64,000 bases of DNA from Alphaproteobacteria bacterium (lineage in GTDB: Bacteria; Pseudomonadota; Alphaproteobacteria; SP197), in NCBI GenBank assembly GCA_964291415.2, contig OZ219920.1:224001-288000 (forward strand). Reading direction: 5' to 3'. The position numbers were made by a program, and so were the translations under genes. Position 1 is the stretch's first letter; each line of letters starts with the position of its first letter. The notes beneath the pieces are model-generated. The model was not told the DNA's origin, did not search any database, and saw only the letters and a program-made list of their open reading frames with translations. This document shows, in pieces, positions 19,910 to 30,389 of the stretch.

Positions 19910-20758
19910 GTGGCGTTTCAGGGCATGACGGGTATCGCCAGTGTGGCCGGTCGCGCCTGGACATGGAATGCGCGCAGTGTCAACGGCAAGGGCCTCGATG
20001 TCCGCTGCCGGGTGCCAGGGGGCCTGGAATGGCTGGAGCCCGTGGCGCGCGAACGGGCCGGACGACTGATGACGCGGGGCAGCATTTCGCTCTCCCTGGT
20101 CCTGGAGTCCGACCAGGCGACGGGCGTGGTGGTGAACCACGCCGCTCTCGATGACCTCGTTCATGTCCTGGAGCAACGGGCGGGCCCGCCCTCACCGGCA
20201 TCTCTTGCCGGACTGCTGGCGGTTCCAGGGATCGTCTCCCCGGGCGCAAGGACGGATGCCGGGCCCGTGGCCGATGAACTGACCGCGGACCTCGAGGCGG
20301 TTCTCGATCTCCTGGTCGCATCACGCCTGGGGGAGGGGGCCAGTCTGGCCGGAATCATCGGCGGCCTGCTGGACGAGGTCGACGACCTTGTCGCGCTGGC
20401 CCATGACGAGGCCCGCGGCGAGCCCGAACGCCTCCGCCGCGTCCTGGACGAAAGGGTGCGTGATCTTGTCCGCGATCCCGCGATCGATGACGCGAGACTT
20501 GCCCAGGAAGTCGCCTTCCTCGTCTCGCGTGCCGATGTGCGCGAGGAGATCGACCGCCTGACCGCCCATGCGGCGGCGGTGCGCAACCTGCTCGAAGAGG
20601 CGAGTCCCGGGCGCCAGCTGGGTTTCTTCTGTCAGGAACTGTTGCGCGAGGCCAACACGCTTTCATCCAAGTCCCAGTCCGTGCCTTTGACCAACGCCGC
20701 CGTCAACCTCAAGGTGGCCATTGACCGCCTGCGCGAGCAGGCCCAGAACGTGGAGTAG
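19910..20758 (+). CDS. yicC: YicC/YloC family endoribonuclease
   Basis: MTG, RSVNGKGLD, DVREEIDRL..H, QELLREANTLSSK, LREQAQNVE; GTG start after GGAGG. Confidence 0.9.
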   Translation: MAFQGMTGIASVAGRAWTWNARSVNGKGLDVRCRVPGGLEWLEPVARERAGRLMTRGSISLSLVLESDQATGVVVNHAALDDLVHVLEQRAGPPSPASLAGLLAVPGIVSPGARTDAGPVADELTADLEAVLDLLVASRLGEGASLAGIIGGLLDEVDDLVALAHDEARGEPERLRRVLDERVRDLVRDPAIDDARLAQEVAFLVSRADVREEIDRLTAHAAAVRNLLEEASPGRQLGFFCQELLREANTLSSKSQSVPLTNAAVNLKVAIDRLREQAQNVE

Positions 20759-20846
20759 GCTGCCATGCTCCAGTCCACACGCGCGATTCCGTACCTGATG
20801 GCTGTCGGTGGTCCGCGCGGGCGGACACGGGGTGGGGAGTAGGCCG

Positions 20847-21488
20847 GTGTCCGAGAGAACCCGCCGGGGCTTCATGCTGGTGCTGTCCGCACCGTCGGCT
20901 ACCGGCAAGTCGACGCTGGTGCGCCGGCTGGTTGACGACGACGGCACCATCGCGTTTTCGGTCTCGGTCACCACGCGGGCTCCCCGGCCAGGAGAAGAGG
21001 CCGGCCGCGACCTTCATTTCGTCGACCACGAGCGCTTCCGGGAGATGATCGACCGGGAAGAACTTCTCGAACATGCCACGGTTTTCGGCAATTCCTACGG
21101 AACCCCGAGGACGCCGGTCGAGGAGGCGCTGAACCGGGGTTGCGATGTGGTGTCGGATATCGACTGCCAGGGCGCGGCCCAGCTTCGCGAATCCCTCGGG
21201 GACGATGTCGTTCTGGTTTTCGTTCTGCCGCCTTCAGCAGCGGAACTCAAGCACCGGCTCGCCGCACGGGGTACCGGAACAGCCGAGGACATGGAGCGCC
21301 GCATGCGCGATGCCGTGGGCGAACTCGCCAGCTGGGAGACCTTCGACTACGTCATCGTCAACCACGATGTCGACGACAGTCTTGCCTCACTGAAGTCCAT
21401 CCTGGCCGCCGAACGTCACCGGCGCGATCGTCTCACGTCGCTTCCCCAACTCGTGGCAACCATGCGCCGGGAACTCTCCGGCGCCTGA
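20847..21488 (+). CDS. gmk: Guanylate kinase
   Basis: APSATGKS P-loop, SVSVTTRAPRPGE, YGTP, FVLPPS, FDYVIVN; downstream of yicC. Confidence 0.92.
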   Translation: MSERTRRGFMLVLSAPSATGKSTLVRRLVDDDGTIAFSVSVTTRAPRPGEEAGRDLHFVDHERFREMIDREELLEHATVFGNSYGTPRTPVEEALNRGCDVVSDIDCQGAAQLRESLGDDVVLVFVLPPSAAELKHRLAARGTGTAEDMERRMRDAVGELASWETFDYVIVNHDVDDSLASLKSILAAERHRRDRLTSLPQLVATMRRELSGA

Positions 21489-21512
21489 TGGGCCATGAGC
21501 GCCGGGGCTGTG

Positions 21513-22019
21513 TCATCGCAGCGCCGGAATGGTATCCGGGCGCACCACGCCCGAGAGGCCCGCAAGGGCGTCGGGCACCAGGGCCAGAACGTGCAGCCGT
21601 TCCCGGTCACGTGTCTCGGCCAGCGTGATGTTCCGTGGCAATGCGGGTTCGAACCCGTAACGGCCGTAGAGGTTGCCGTCGCCAATGAGAACCACGATGC
21701 GGTGCCCGAGGGTGCGCGCGCGTTCCAGGGTCGTGTTGATCAGTTCCCGGCTGATGCCGCGACCCCTGTGGTCGGGGTCGACGGCAACGGGACCCAACTG
21801 GATCGCCCGGGTTCCGGCGCCGATCAGTACCGGCCAGCAGCGGATGGTGGCGATGACGTGGCCCCCTTCAAGGGCCACAAGGCTCAGTTCCGCAATTCTG
21901 CGGGAGCCCTGACGCAACCGCGCCGCCGGGCTGTCGACAAGCCGGTGGCCCAGCGACATGCGGGCGATCGTCTCGACAGCGAGCCTGTCGCGGGGACGTT
22001 CTTCGATGATCTCAACCAA
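21513..22019 (-). CDS. GNAT family N-acetyltransferase (YhbS-like)
   Basis: LGPVAVDPDHRGRGI, VLIGD..YGRYGF. Confidence 0.85.
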   Translation of the reverse strand: MVEIIEERPRDRLAVETIARMSLGHRLVDSPAARLRQGSRRIAELSLVALEGGHVIATIRCWPVLIGAGTRAIQLGPVAVDPDHRGRGISRELINTTLERARTLGHRIVVLIGDGNLYGRYGFEPALPRNITLAETRDRERLHVLALVPDALAGLSGVVRPDTIPALR

Positions 22020-22266
22020 GGGGAAAGACCGGAGTTCAGGCAGGATGAGGGGCCTGCCATAGCATCGATTGTGATGGCGGGAAACGTGCGCGTGACCCGC
22101 GCCGCATTGGATGACTACGGCCGTTTCCCTATATTGGACAACACGGAGGGTGCCGCCATGTCAGCCGCACGGCGTACTGCGGCACGTACGACGAGGACAG
22201 CATATGGTCTTGGTCTTCACAACGGCCGGACCTGCGTGCCTGAACCACCCATAGCGGGAGAGTGAC

Positions 22267-24678
22267 GTGCAGGATCATGTCAGGGTTGTCATCATCGGTG
22301 GCGGGGTGGTCGGCTGTTCCATCCTCTTCCACCTTGCCAGGCACGGGTGGAAGGAGACCCTGCTCCTGGAGAGAAGCGAACTCACGTCGGGGTCGTCCTG
22401 GCATGCTGCGGGACAGATTCACACCATCTCCTCGGATCCCAACATCTCGAGGCTCCAGGGATACACGATCAATCTCTACGCCGAACTCGAGGAGCTGTCC
22501 GGTCAGTCCGTGGGGCTCCACAACACCGGCGGCTTCTATCTCGCCTCCAACGACGCCTGGCACGACTATCTCAAGCGGGAGCGGTCCAAGGCGCGGTACA
22601 TGGGTCTGGACCAGGAGTTCATCAGTGTCGAGGAAGCGGCCAGGCGCCATCCGCTGATCGATCCCTCCCGCTACATTGCAGCCCTGTGGGATCCACTTGA
22701 TGGCGACATTGACCCCTCTGGTGTGACCCATGCCTACGCGCGGGCAGCGCGCGTCCTTGGCGCGGACTACTCCACGCACACCCCGGTCGTGGAAACCAGG
22801 CAACGTGCCGACGGCACGTGGGACGTGGTGACGCAGACCGGCACCGTTCACGCCGAACACGTGGTCAACGCAGCCGGGCTGTGGGCGCGCGAGGTGGGAC
22901 GGATGGCCGGCATTCACCTGCCCGTCCAGCCCATGGAGCACCACTACCTCATCACCGAGGACATTCCGGAGATCGTCGAGCGGGAGGAACGTTTGCCGGC
23001 CGGGATCGACTACGAAGGCAACATGTACTTCCGCCAGGAACGAAACGGCATGTTGCTCGGCACCTACGAGCCCCATGCCACCCCCTGGTCCGTTGACGGA
23101 ACCCCGGCTGACTTCGGCCACGAACTCCTGCAACCGCAGCTCGACAACATTGCCGAGAGGCTGGAGCTCGGTTTCGAGCGCATTCCCGCGCTCCGCGAGG
23201 CCGGTATCAAGAATATCATCAACGGTCCGTTCACGTTCGGTCCCGATGGCAATCCGATGATCGGACCTGTCCCGGGCATGAGAAACTACTGGGTGGCCGT
23301 CGGCGTGATGGCCGGATTCTGCCAGGCGGGAGGTGTGGGTCTGTGCATGGCCGAGTGGATGATCTCGGGCGAACCCTCGATCGATGTCTGGGCCATGGAC
23401 ATCGCGCGCTTCGGCGATTTCGCGACACCGGACTGGGGAACCACCAAGAGCGCCGAGAACTACGAACGCCGGTTCGTCATGACCTTCCCCAACGAAACGC
23501 TGCCCAAGGGACGCCGCCAGATGACGACGGCGCTCTATGACAGGCTCACCACGAGGGGAGCCGTCTGGGATCAGGCGTTCGGCCTGGAGCATGCGCTGTG
23601 GTTTGCCGATGGTCCCGACGACGCTTTCGAGGACCCGACCTTCCGGCGTTCGAGGGCCCATGCCTACGTCGCCAGGGAAGTCGATGCGGTGCGCACGAAG
23701 GTCGGGGCCATCGAGATCGCCAACTTTGCCAAGCACGAGTTTCGCGGTCCGGGAGCGAGATCCATGCTCGACCGTCTGCTCGCCGGGCGCGTGCCGGGAC
23801 CGGGACGACTGACCCTGACGCCGATGCTGACCGCGAAGGGCAAGCTCGGCGGCGACCTGACGGTGGCCTGTCTGGCGGAAGACCGGTTTGTCGTCATCGG
23901 GTCAGGCGTGATGCAGAACGCCCATCGCCGCTGGTTCGAGGCGGCGCTCCCGGAAGCCGGCGTCGCCTATCGCAACATTTCGGCGGACCTTCACGGCATC
24001 GCGTTGTCGGGCCCCTCGTCGAGAGACGTGCTGGCGGCGCTCACCCGTGACGATGTATCGGCCGGAGCGCTCAGGTTCCGCGATTCCCGTGAGACGGTCG
24101 TGGGCGGCGTACCCGTGCTTCTCAATCGTATCTCGTTTTCCGGCGAACTCGGCTACGAGATCTACACCGCGCCGTCCTACCTGCTGCGGCTTGCCGAAGA
24201 GGTCGAGAGGGCGGGGGTCGATCATGGCCTGCGCTGGTACGGCGCCCGGGCCCTGATGAGCCTGCGCCTCGAGAAGTCATGGGGGGTGTGGGGCCTCGAC
24301 TACCGGCCCGATTTCACGGCTGGAGAGAGTGGCCTTGATGTCTTCATTGACTGGACGAAGGACTTCGTCGGCAAGGAGGCGGCTCTGAGGATGAGGGAAG
24401 AGGGGCCCTCACGGAAGCTCGTCACGATGAGGGTCGAGACCGACGACATCGACGTCTCGGCGGACGAAGCGATTCTCAAGGATGGCGAGGCTGTCGGATA
24501 CGTGTCGTCCGGGGGGTTCGCCCACAATTCGAAGGCATCGGTGGCCATGGGCTACGTGCCGACGGAACTCGCCCAGGGCGATACGGCGCTGGAGGTCGAG
24601 ATCAACGGCGAACGCTATCCGGCCCGGATCCTCGGGCAGTGTCTCTGGGATGCCAACGGCGGACGCATGCGCTCCTGA
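22267..24678 (+). CDS. GcvT-family FAD oxidoreductase (dimethylglycine/sarcosine dehydrogenase-like)
   Basis: IGGGVVG, LTSGSSWHAAG, NGPFTFGPDG, C-terminal folate domain RISFSGELGYEI / SLRLEK. Confidence 0.9.
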   Translation: MQDHVRVVIIGGGVVGCSILFHLARHGWKETLLLERSELTSGSSWHAAGQIHTISSDPNISRLQGYTINLYAELEELSGQSVGLHNTGGFYLASNDAWHDYLKRERSKARYMGLDQEFISVEEAARRHPLIDPSRYIAALWDPLDGDIDPSGVTHAYARAARVLGADYSTHTPVVETRQRADGTWDVVTQTGTVHAEHVVNAAGLWAREVGRMAGIHLPVQPMEHHYLITEDIPEIVEREERLPAGIDYEGNMYFRQERNGMLLGTYEPHATPWSVDGTPADFGHELLQPQLDNIAERLELGFERIPALREAGIKNIINGPFTFGPDGNPMIGPVPGMRNYWVAVGVMAGFCQAGGVGLCMAEWMISGEPSIDVWAMDIARFGDFATPDWGTTKSAENYERRFVMTFPNETLPKGRRQMTTALYDRLTTRGAVWDQAFGLEHALWFADGPDDAFEDPTFRRSRAHAYVAREVDAVRTKVGAIEIANFAKHEFRGPGARSMLDRLLAGRVPGPGRLTLTPMLTAKGKLGGDLTVACLAEDRFVVIGSGVMQNAHRRWFEAALPEAGVAYRNISADLHGIALSGPSSRDVLAALTRDDVSAGALRFRDSRETVVGGVPVLLNRISFSGELGYEIYTAPSYLLRLAEEVERAGVDHGLRWYGARALMSLRLEKSWGVWGLDYRPDFTAGESGLDVFIDWTKDFVGKEAALRMREEGPSRKLVTMRVETDDIDVSADEAILKDGEAVGYVSSGGFAHNSKASVAMGYVPTELAQGDTALEVEINGERYPARILGQCLWDANGGRMRS

Positions 24679-25782
24679 TCAGGGGAAGGCGGCAACGGGA
24701 CGACCGAGGCTGTGGTAGTCGGGTTCGACCCCAAGCCCTGGAGTATCGGGGGCGAAGAGCCGGCCGCCGGCGACCCGGGGCGCCGGCGTACCGGAAGAGG
24801 TCGTGTTGTAGTTGTGAAGGTCCGTGGTGCTCAGCTGGAAGGCGGCTGGTGTCGATGCGGCGAAGTGAGCGCAGGCGGCCGTGCAGATCTCGCCACCCCA
24901 TGTGTCCTCCGAGACAACCTCGATGCCGTGCGCCACGAGGAAGTCGCGCGCCCGGCGGGCTCGTGAGAGGCCGCCAAGGTTGGAGATCTTCAGGCACACG
25001 ACTTCGGCCGAGCGATCGGCGACGATGCGCGCAGCAACGTCGAGACCGGTGACACATTCATCAAGCTTCATCGGGTGATCACAGCGCCTGCGCACCTGCA
25101 GGCATTCGTCATACGTGAGGCACGGCTGTTCGATGATGACGTCAACGTCACGGACGGCGCGGACCACGCGCACCGCGTCGCGAACCGAATACGCGGTGTT
25201 GGCGTCCGCGAAGACCGTTTCCCCCGGCCGAAGCAGGCCGGCAACGGTGCGAATCCGCTCGATGTCGCTGTCGGGATCCTGACCGACCTTGATCTGGAAC
25301 TGGCGGTAGCCCGCCTGCCGGTGACTCTCCATCTCCTCGAGGGTTGCCTCGAGCGGCTTCTGGGGCACCACCCGGTACATGGGCGCACCGTCCGTCAGCC
25401 TGCCTCCCAGGAGTGTCGACACCGGCAGTCCGACAGTCTTGCCAAGGATGTCCCAGCACGCGGCATCGAAGGCGGACTTGGCGTAGCCGTGCCCCTTGAG
25501 AGCCATGTCCATGGCCTGTTCAACGGCGCCGGTCTGCAACGGATCAAGACCGATGACCGCGCGGGCAAGAGTTGGCGCGGCGGCGAGAATGCCTGGCGCA
25601 TGGGCGGCAAGGTACGTGGCGCCGAGCGGGCACGATTCGCCGCATCCCTCGAGACCGCTGTCGGTTTCGAGGACCACCACCGTCGTCCTTGCAACCTCGA
25701 GACTGCATCCCGGTCCCCAGTCGTAGCGGCCGCCGACATAGGGCAGATTCATCTGGTAGACCCTGACGGCCGCGATCTTCAT
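24679..25782 (-). CDS. Enolase-superfamily enzyme, cis-3-hydroxy-L-proline dehydratase/proline-betaine racemase-like
   Basis: GESCPLG..Y, FQIKVG, ADANT, EQPCLTY, LDE, LKIS..GG, EDTWGG; subgroup assigned from recalled similarity. Confidence 0.75.
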   Translation of the reverse strand: MKIAAVRVYQMNLPYVGGRYDWGPGCSLEVARTTVVVLETDSGLEGCGESCPLGATYLAAHAPGILAAAPTLARAVIGLDPLQTGAVEQAMDMALKGHGYAKSAFDAACWDILGKTVGLPVSTLLGGRLTDGAPMYRVVPQKPLEATLEEMESHRQAGYRQFQIKVGQDPDSDIERIRTVAGLLRPGETVFADANTAYSVRDAVRVVRAVRDVDVIIEQPCLTYDECLQVRRRCDHPMKLDECVTGLDVAARIVADRSAEVVCLKISNLGGLSRARRARDFLVAHGIEVVSEDTWGGEICTAACAHFAASTPAAFQLSTTDLHNYNTTSSGTPAPRVAGGRLFAPDTPGLGVEPDYHSLGRPVAAFP

Positions 25783-25959
25783 GACCCCGGCCTCCCACCC
25801 CGCACGAAGCCGATCGCGCCATGCCCGGCCTTGTCCGGGCAGGATCGCCGGTCGTCTCCGGTGCAAGGGGGCAGGAACGGGATGGTCAAGTGGTCGCGCA
25901 TGTCGCCGTGCAACCGGCCGTAACCCGGCGCAGGGCGTGCCCCATGGCGCCGGTTCGGG

Positions 25960-26652
25960 TTACCGCCGTTCGTACTGTGCACTGCCGAACAGGATGTCGC
26001 GCTCCTCATCCGTCATCTCGGCGGAGCGCTGACGGTCGCTCAGGACCGCGCAGCCGCGAACGACCGCAGGGCGCTCCTCCAGGCGTTGCTGCCAACGGAC
26101 CACGTTCGGGTAGTCTGCCGGGTCAACCCCCTGCCGTTCGATGGAGCGCGTCCAGGGATAGGTCGCCATGTCGGCAATCGAGTAGTCTCCTGCCATGTAG
26201 TCGGCTTCGCCCAGCCTCTTGTCGAGCACGCCGTAGAGGCGTCCGGTCTCGTTCGTGTAGCGATCGATGGCGTAGGCGATTGGTTCGGGCGCGTAGTTGC
26301 GAAAATGATGGCACTGGCCAAACATGGGCCCGATGCCGCCCATCTGGAACATCAGCCATTGCATGACGAGCGTGCGGCCGCGGGTATCATCAGGCATGAA
26401 GCGGCCGGTCTTGCCGGCGAGGTAGACGAGGATGGCGCCCGATTCGAAGATGCTGATCGCCTCGCCATCAGGTCCGTCGTGGTCGACGATGGCCGGCATC
26501 CTGTTGTTGGGGCTGATGGCAAGGAATGCGGGATCGAACTGGTCGCCGCGGCCGATGTCGACGGGGATGACACGGTAGGCGAGGCCGGTTTCCTCGAGCA
26601 TGATGTGGACCTTGTGTCCGTTGGGAGTCGGCCATGTGTGGAGGTCGATCAT
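25960..26652 (-). CDS. Glutathione S-transferase family disulfide oxidoreductase (YfcG-like)
   Basis: TPNGHKV, SPNNRMPAI, FESGAIL, WLMFQMGGIGPMFGQ. Confidence 0.88.
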   Translation of the reverse strand: MIDLHTWPTPNGHKVHIMLEETGLAYRVIPVDIGRGDQFDPAFLAISPNNRMPAIVDHDGPDGEAISIFESGAILVYLAGKTGRFMPDDTRGRTLVMQWLMFQMGGIGPMFGQCHHFRNYAPEPIAYAIDRYTNETGRLYGVLDKRLGEADYMAGDYSIADMATYPWTRSIERQGVDPADYPNVVRWQQRLEERPAVVRGCAVLSDRQRSAEMTDEERDILFGSAQYERR

Positions 26653-27758
26653 CGCTGTCTCCAGGCGTCCAGTTTGTGCGCCACGAGCCTTGCGATGGCC
26701 AGGGATGCTGTCAATCCCGGTGATTCAATCCCGAAGAGATTCACGATGCCGCCTACTCCGTGATCCGCAGGACCGTCGATCCGGAAATCCGAGTCCCCCG
26801 ATGTCCCGAGCTTGGGACGGATGCCACTGTAGTCGGGAGCCAGGGCATCGTCTGGAAGGCCGGGCCAGTAGCGGCGCACGGCATCACGGAAGGCGAGTGC
26901 ACGGGCCGGATCGACGTCATAGGAGGTGTCGCGCACCCATTCGACGTCCGGTCCAAACCGGCAGCGTCCGGCAAGATCGAGGGTGGCGTGAACTCCCAGG
27001 CCACCGGCGACCGGTGTCGGATAGACGAGCCGGGAGAAGGGAGAGGGGCCTGACAAGGTGAAATAGCTGCCCTTGGCGAGATGGAGCGCGGGAACATGAA
27101 GGGGGTCGAGCCCCGTTGTCACCGATGCGAGGTGCTGCGCTCCGAGACCGGCGGCATTCACCAGTTCGCGCGCCTCCAGGTTCATGGTCTCCTTGCCGCC
27201 GACCGAGAGAATCAGGCCACTTCCGCTGGGCACAATGCTTCGCACGGGGGCGCCCAGAGCCAGCCAGGCGCCGGCTGCCTCAGCCTCTCCCAGCAAGGCC
27301 AGCATCAGGCCGTGGCTGTCGATGATGCCGGTTGACGGTGACAGGAGGGCGCCGCGCGTTTCCAGTTCGGGCTCAAGAACCGCCACGTCCGCTCGCTCCA
27401 GGCTCAACAGATCGTCAACGCCGTTGGCGGTGGCCCGCTGCCTGAGCCGCGAGAGAACGTCACGATCGTCGTCACTGGCGGCAACGATCAGCTTGCCACA
27501 GGTGCGGAACGCCACATGGCGCGACCGGCAGTAGTCATAGAGCAGGGTCCTGCCGGCGACACACAGGCGGGCTTTCAGGCTTCCCGGCGGATAGTAGATG
27601 CCGGCGTGGATGACTTCGCTGTTGCGCGACGAGATGCCGGTTCCCAAGGCGTCGGCGGCGTCCAGCAGCATGACTTCGCGTCCGCTGTTGGCCAGGGCAC
27701 GCGCTACCGCCAGACCGATGACGCCGGCGCCGACGACGACCGTTTCAACGCTCTCCAC
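26649..27758 (-). CDS. FAD-dependent oxidoreductase (L-2-hydroxyglutarate oxidase-like)
   Basis: GAGVIG, SSRNSEVIHAGIYY, GLGVHAT, GIESPGLTASLA; start uncertain. Confidence 0.85.
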   Translation of the reverse strand: MESVETVVVGAGVIGLAVARALANSGREVMLLDAADALGTGISSRNSEVIHAGIYYPPGSLKARLCVAGRTLLYDYCRSRHVAFRTCGKLIVAASDDDRDVLSRLRQRATANGVDDLLSLERADVAVLEPELETRGALLSPSTGIIDSHGLMLALLGEAEAAGAWLALGAPVRSIVPSGSGLILSVGGKETMNLEARELVNAAGLGAQHLASVTTGLDPLHVPALHLAKGSYFTLSGPSPFSRLVYPTPVAGGLGVHATLDLAGRCRFGPDVEWVRDTSYDVDPARALAFRDAVRRYWPGLPDDALAPDYSGIRPKLGTSGDSDFRIDGPADHGVGGIVNLFGIESPGLTASLAIARLVAHKLDAWRQR

Positions 27759-27957
27759 GCGATTTCTGTCCCCTTGCTGGTTCCGGATCCGACCGACGGC
27801 CACCAGGGCTGATCTGCCGCTTGCGGGGGCCATGGCCCGTCCCCGGTGTTGAGTGTCGGCGTCACAGGTGCGACAACACGAGCCGGCAGGATGGCCATGC
27901 GCGCCCTCTTATGGCAAGCGCATCCCCGCTTTCGAGATTCCGGCGGCCAGGAGGTTC

Positions 27958-28854
27958 ATGCGACAACTCGTCTACGTCTTCGCTGTCATCGTTCAGGGTA
28001 CCGCATGGGGCGCCCAGTTCGCGATGCTCAAACTTGCCGCCGAGGGAGGTTACGGCGAGTTGACGGTTCTGGTCATCGCCATGTTTCTCGTCAGCTCCAG
28101 CTACTTCGTGATTCTCCTGGTGCGCCGGTCCCCGTTTCGCCTGACGGCGAAGTCAATCGAGTTCTTCACCATCACCGGGTTGCTCGGCTATGTCCTGCCC
28201 CTGGCGGCCGTGCTGCATGCCGCACCGCACCTGCCGGCGGGCGTCATCACGCTGATTGTCTGTTTCACGCCGATGGTCTCGATCGTCGTAGCGCTCCTTG
28301 CCCGGACAGAACGGGTGTCGCGAACCAGGCTGGTGGCGGTGGCGCTGGGCATGGCCGCTGCCGTCATGGTGCTGGCGCCACAGCTTTCCCTGCCGGGACT
28401 GGGGGTCCTGGAATGGATGCTGCTCGTTGGCTTCGTACCGCTTTGCTACGGGATCGAGTCTATCTATATCGACAGGCGCTGGCCGGAGGGTTTCGACATC
28501 TGGCAGGTCGGATTTGGCGAGGCCGCCGCCGCCCTGATTCTCGTGACGCCGCTGCTCGTCGTCGTCGGCGAACCGTGGCCGGGTCTTGCGTGGACCACGG
28601 CCGAGCTCGGCATCGTTCTCTTTTCCCTGATCGGTCTTGTCGAGATCATCATCTACTTCTGGCTCATCAACAGGACCGGCGGGGTGCTGGTCAATTTCAG
28701 CGTGTTCGCCGCCCTGTTTGCCGGCATCGCCTGGGGCATGATCATCTTCGGCGAACGCCACGACATGCTGGTCTGGGGCGCCGCCGCCGTGTTGCTGGCG
28801 GCCATGGCACTGCTGTCTCGCGAGACCGTGAAGGAGGCCGGGGCCGCCGGTTGA
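27958..28854 (+). CDS. DMT/EamA family transporter
   Basis: About 10 TM helices in two halves, IIFGE motif; ATG after GGAGG. Confidence 0.8.
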   Translation: MRQLVYVFAVIVQGTAWGAQFAMLKLAAEGGYGELTVLVIAMFLVSSSYFVILLVRRSPFRLTAKSIEFFTITGLLGYVLPLAAVLHAAPHLPAGVITLIVCFTPMVSIVVALLARTERVSRTRLVAVALGMAAAVMVLAPQLSLPGLGVLEWMLLVGFVPLCYGIESIYIDRRWPEGFDIWQVGFGEAAAALILVTPLLVVVGEPWPGLAWTTAELGIVLFSLIGLVEIIIYFWLINRTGGVLVNFSVFAALFAGIAWGMIIFGERHDMLVWGAAAVLLAAMALLSRETVKEAGAAG

Positions 28855-28857
28855 CGC

Positions 28858-29967
28858 TCAGGACACAAGACTGCGGGCGATGACGACGTTCTGGATCTCC
28901 GTGGCGCCGTCGAGCCACTGGGCCATCCGGGCGCAGGCAAGGTGGCGTGCCAGGGAGTGACCGTCATCGCCACGGAATCCCCGGGCGCCCATGACCTGCA
29001 TGCAGTCGCTGATCGCCTTCCAGGCCACCCGCGTGGCGAACTTCTTGGCATGGGCGCATGCCACCTGGACATCCTCGCCGCTCTCGAAGGCGGCGGTGGC
29101 ATCGCGGGTCAGCAATCGGGCCGCCCTGAGATCCGTTGCCGCGTCGGCCAGCATCCACTGCACCCCCTGAAAGTCACCGATCGTGCGGCCGAAGGCGTCC
29201 CGGGAGGCCACGGCATCGAGCGCCTGGTCAAGCGCCGCCTTCACCATGCCACAGCACATGGCGGCCACTCCGGCCCGGGCGGCATTGATGCCTCGCATCG
29301 CGGTCCGGAAGGCATCGCCGGGGGCGAGGATCATCGCCGCGTGCTCCACCCGTGCGGACGAAAAGCTGAATCCGCACACCCCGGCGGAATGGCCACCGAG
29401 AAGCGTGTAGGGGTCGGTTCGTGCAACACCCGGGGTGTCGGCGTCGACGAGGAACCCGGCGATGCCGCGCCACCCCAGGGAAGGATCGGTCTGCAGGAAG
29501 ACCAGCAGGACGCCCGCCGCCATGCCATTGGTGACCCAGGCCTTTTCTCCGTCGAGCACCCAGTGATCGCCATCCGCACGCGCCGATGCGGTGATCGCCG
29601 CGGCATCGCTGCCGGCACCGGGCTCGGTGAGAAGGAACGCGCCGATCCGCCTTGCATGGAGGAGATCGTCAAGATGGCGCGAGATGAGATCATCCCTTCC
29701 GGACCGGACAAGACTGGCCGTCATGTTGGCGTGGACCTTGAGGGCGAAGGCATGGCCAAAGTCTTCGCCGGCAATGCGCGAGACAACATCACAGGCCTCG
29801 CCGAGCGCCAGTCCGAGCCCCCCTTGTTCCCGCGGGACCAGCATGCCGGCCAGTCCCGATCGACCCGCCTCGCGCATCGCCTCGAGGGGATAGCGCCTGG
29901 CGCTTTCCCAGGCAGCAGCATCTCGGGCGACGCGAGCGCAGTGGGCCTCGAGCGCGGAACCGTCCAT
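28858..29967 (-). CDS. Acyl-CoA dehydrogenase family protein
   Basis: FLLTEPGAGSD, GEKAWVTNG, R.AFGR.IGDFQ, GATEIQ. Confidence 0.9.
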   Translation of the reverse strand: MDGSALEAHCARVARDAAAWESARRYPLEAMREAGRSGLAGMLVPREQGGLGLALGEACDVVSRIAGEDFGHAFALKVHANMTASLVRSGRDDLISRHLDDLLHARRIGAFLLTEPGAGSDAAAITASARADGDHWVLDGEKAWVTNGMAAGVLLVFLQTDPSLGWRGIAGFLVDADTPGVARTDPYTLLGGHSAGVCGFSFSSARVEHAAMILAPGDAFRTAMRGINAARAGVAAMCCGMVKAALDQALDAVASRDAFGRTIGDFQGVQWMLADAATDLRAARLLTRDATAAFESGEDVQVACAHAKKFATRVAWKAISDCMQVMGARGFRGDDGHSLARHLACARMAQWLDGATEIQNVVIARSLVS

Positions 29968-30139
29968 TCGTTGCCCCCTCCTGACTGGCGGACTTGTGCA
30001 GCAATCCGCTGTGACCCACAAGTCCATAGGCAGACGTCTGGCCCGTGAACGGCGCGTGTGACCGGCGTTCCTCCCGCCAGGGTCTTCGATCCCGCGCGTC
30101 CACTCAGGGCCGAATGCGGATGACGAGCCGGGACAGTCC

Positions 30140-30185
30140 TTGTGAGCATCTGCGAGATGTGTACAATGCGGTGAAATTTACACAT
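30140..30185 (+). promoter_or_regulatory. Putative sigma70 promoter with overlapping operator for vapBC
   Basis: TTGTGA(30140-45)-N16-TACAAT(30162-67); inverted repeat ATGTGTA(30157-63)/TACACAT(30179-85). Confidence 0.6.
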
Positions 30186-30194
30186 AGGATAGAG

Positions 30195-30389
30195 ATGCGT
30201 ACCAATATCGACATTGATGACGCCCTGATGGCGAAGGTCATGGAGTCGGGCGAGTTCAAGACCAAGAAGGCGGCTGTCGAGGAAGGTCTGCGTCTGCTGG
30301 CTCAGGTGAGGACACAGGGGCGGATACGCGCGTTGCGTGGCCGGCTCAACTGGGAAGGCTCGCTCGACGCCATGCGGAAGGACCGATGA
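30195..30389 (+). CDS. vapB: Type II antitoxin, VapB family
   Basis: MRTNIDIDDALM...TKKAAVEEGL; ATGA overlap with the PIN toxin. Confidence 0.88.
   Translation: MRTNIDIDDALMAKVMESGEFKTKKAAVEEGLRLLAQVRTQGRIRALRGRLNWEGSLDAMRKDR

Noticed and set aside
30079-30106. GGGTCTTCGATCCCGCGCGTCCAC, faintly like a tRNA/tmRNA T-arm (possible att site upstream of vapBC)
   Set aside because: Does not match the tRNA-Glu 3' end, lacks a canonical GTTCGA loop and has no CCA
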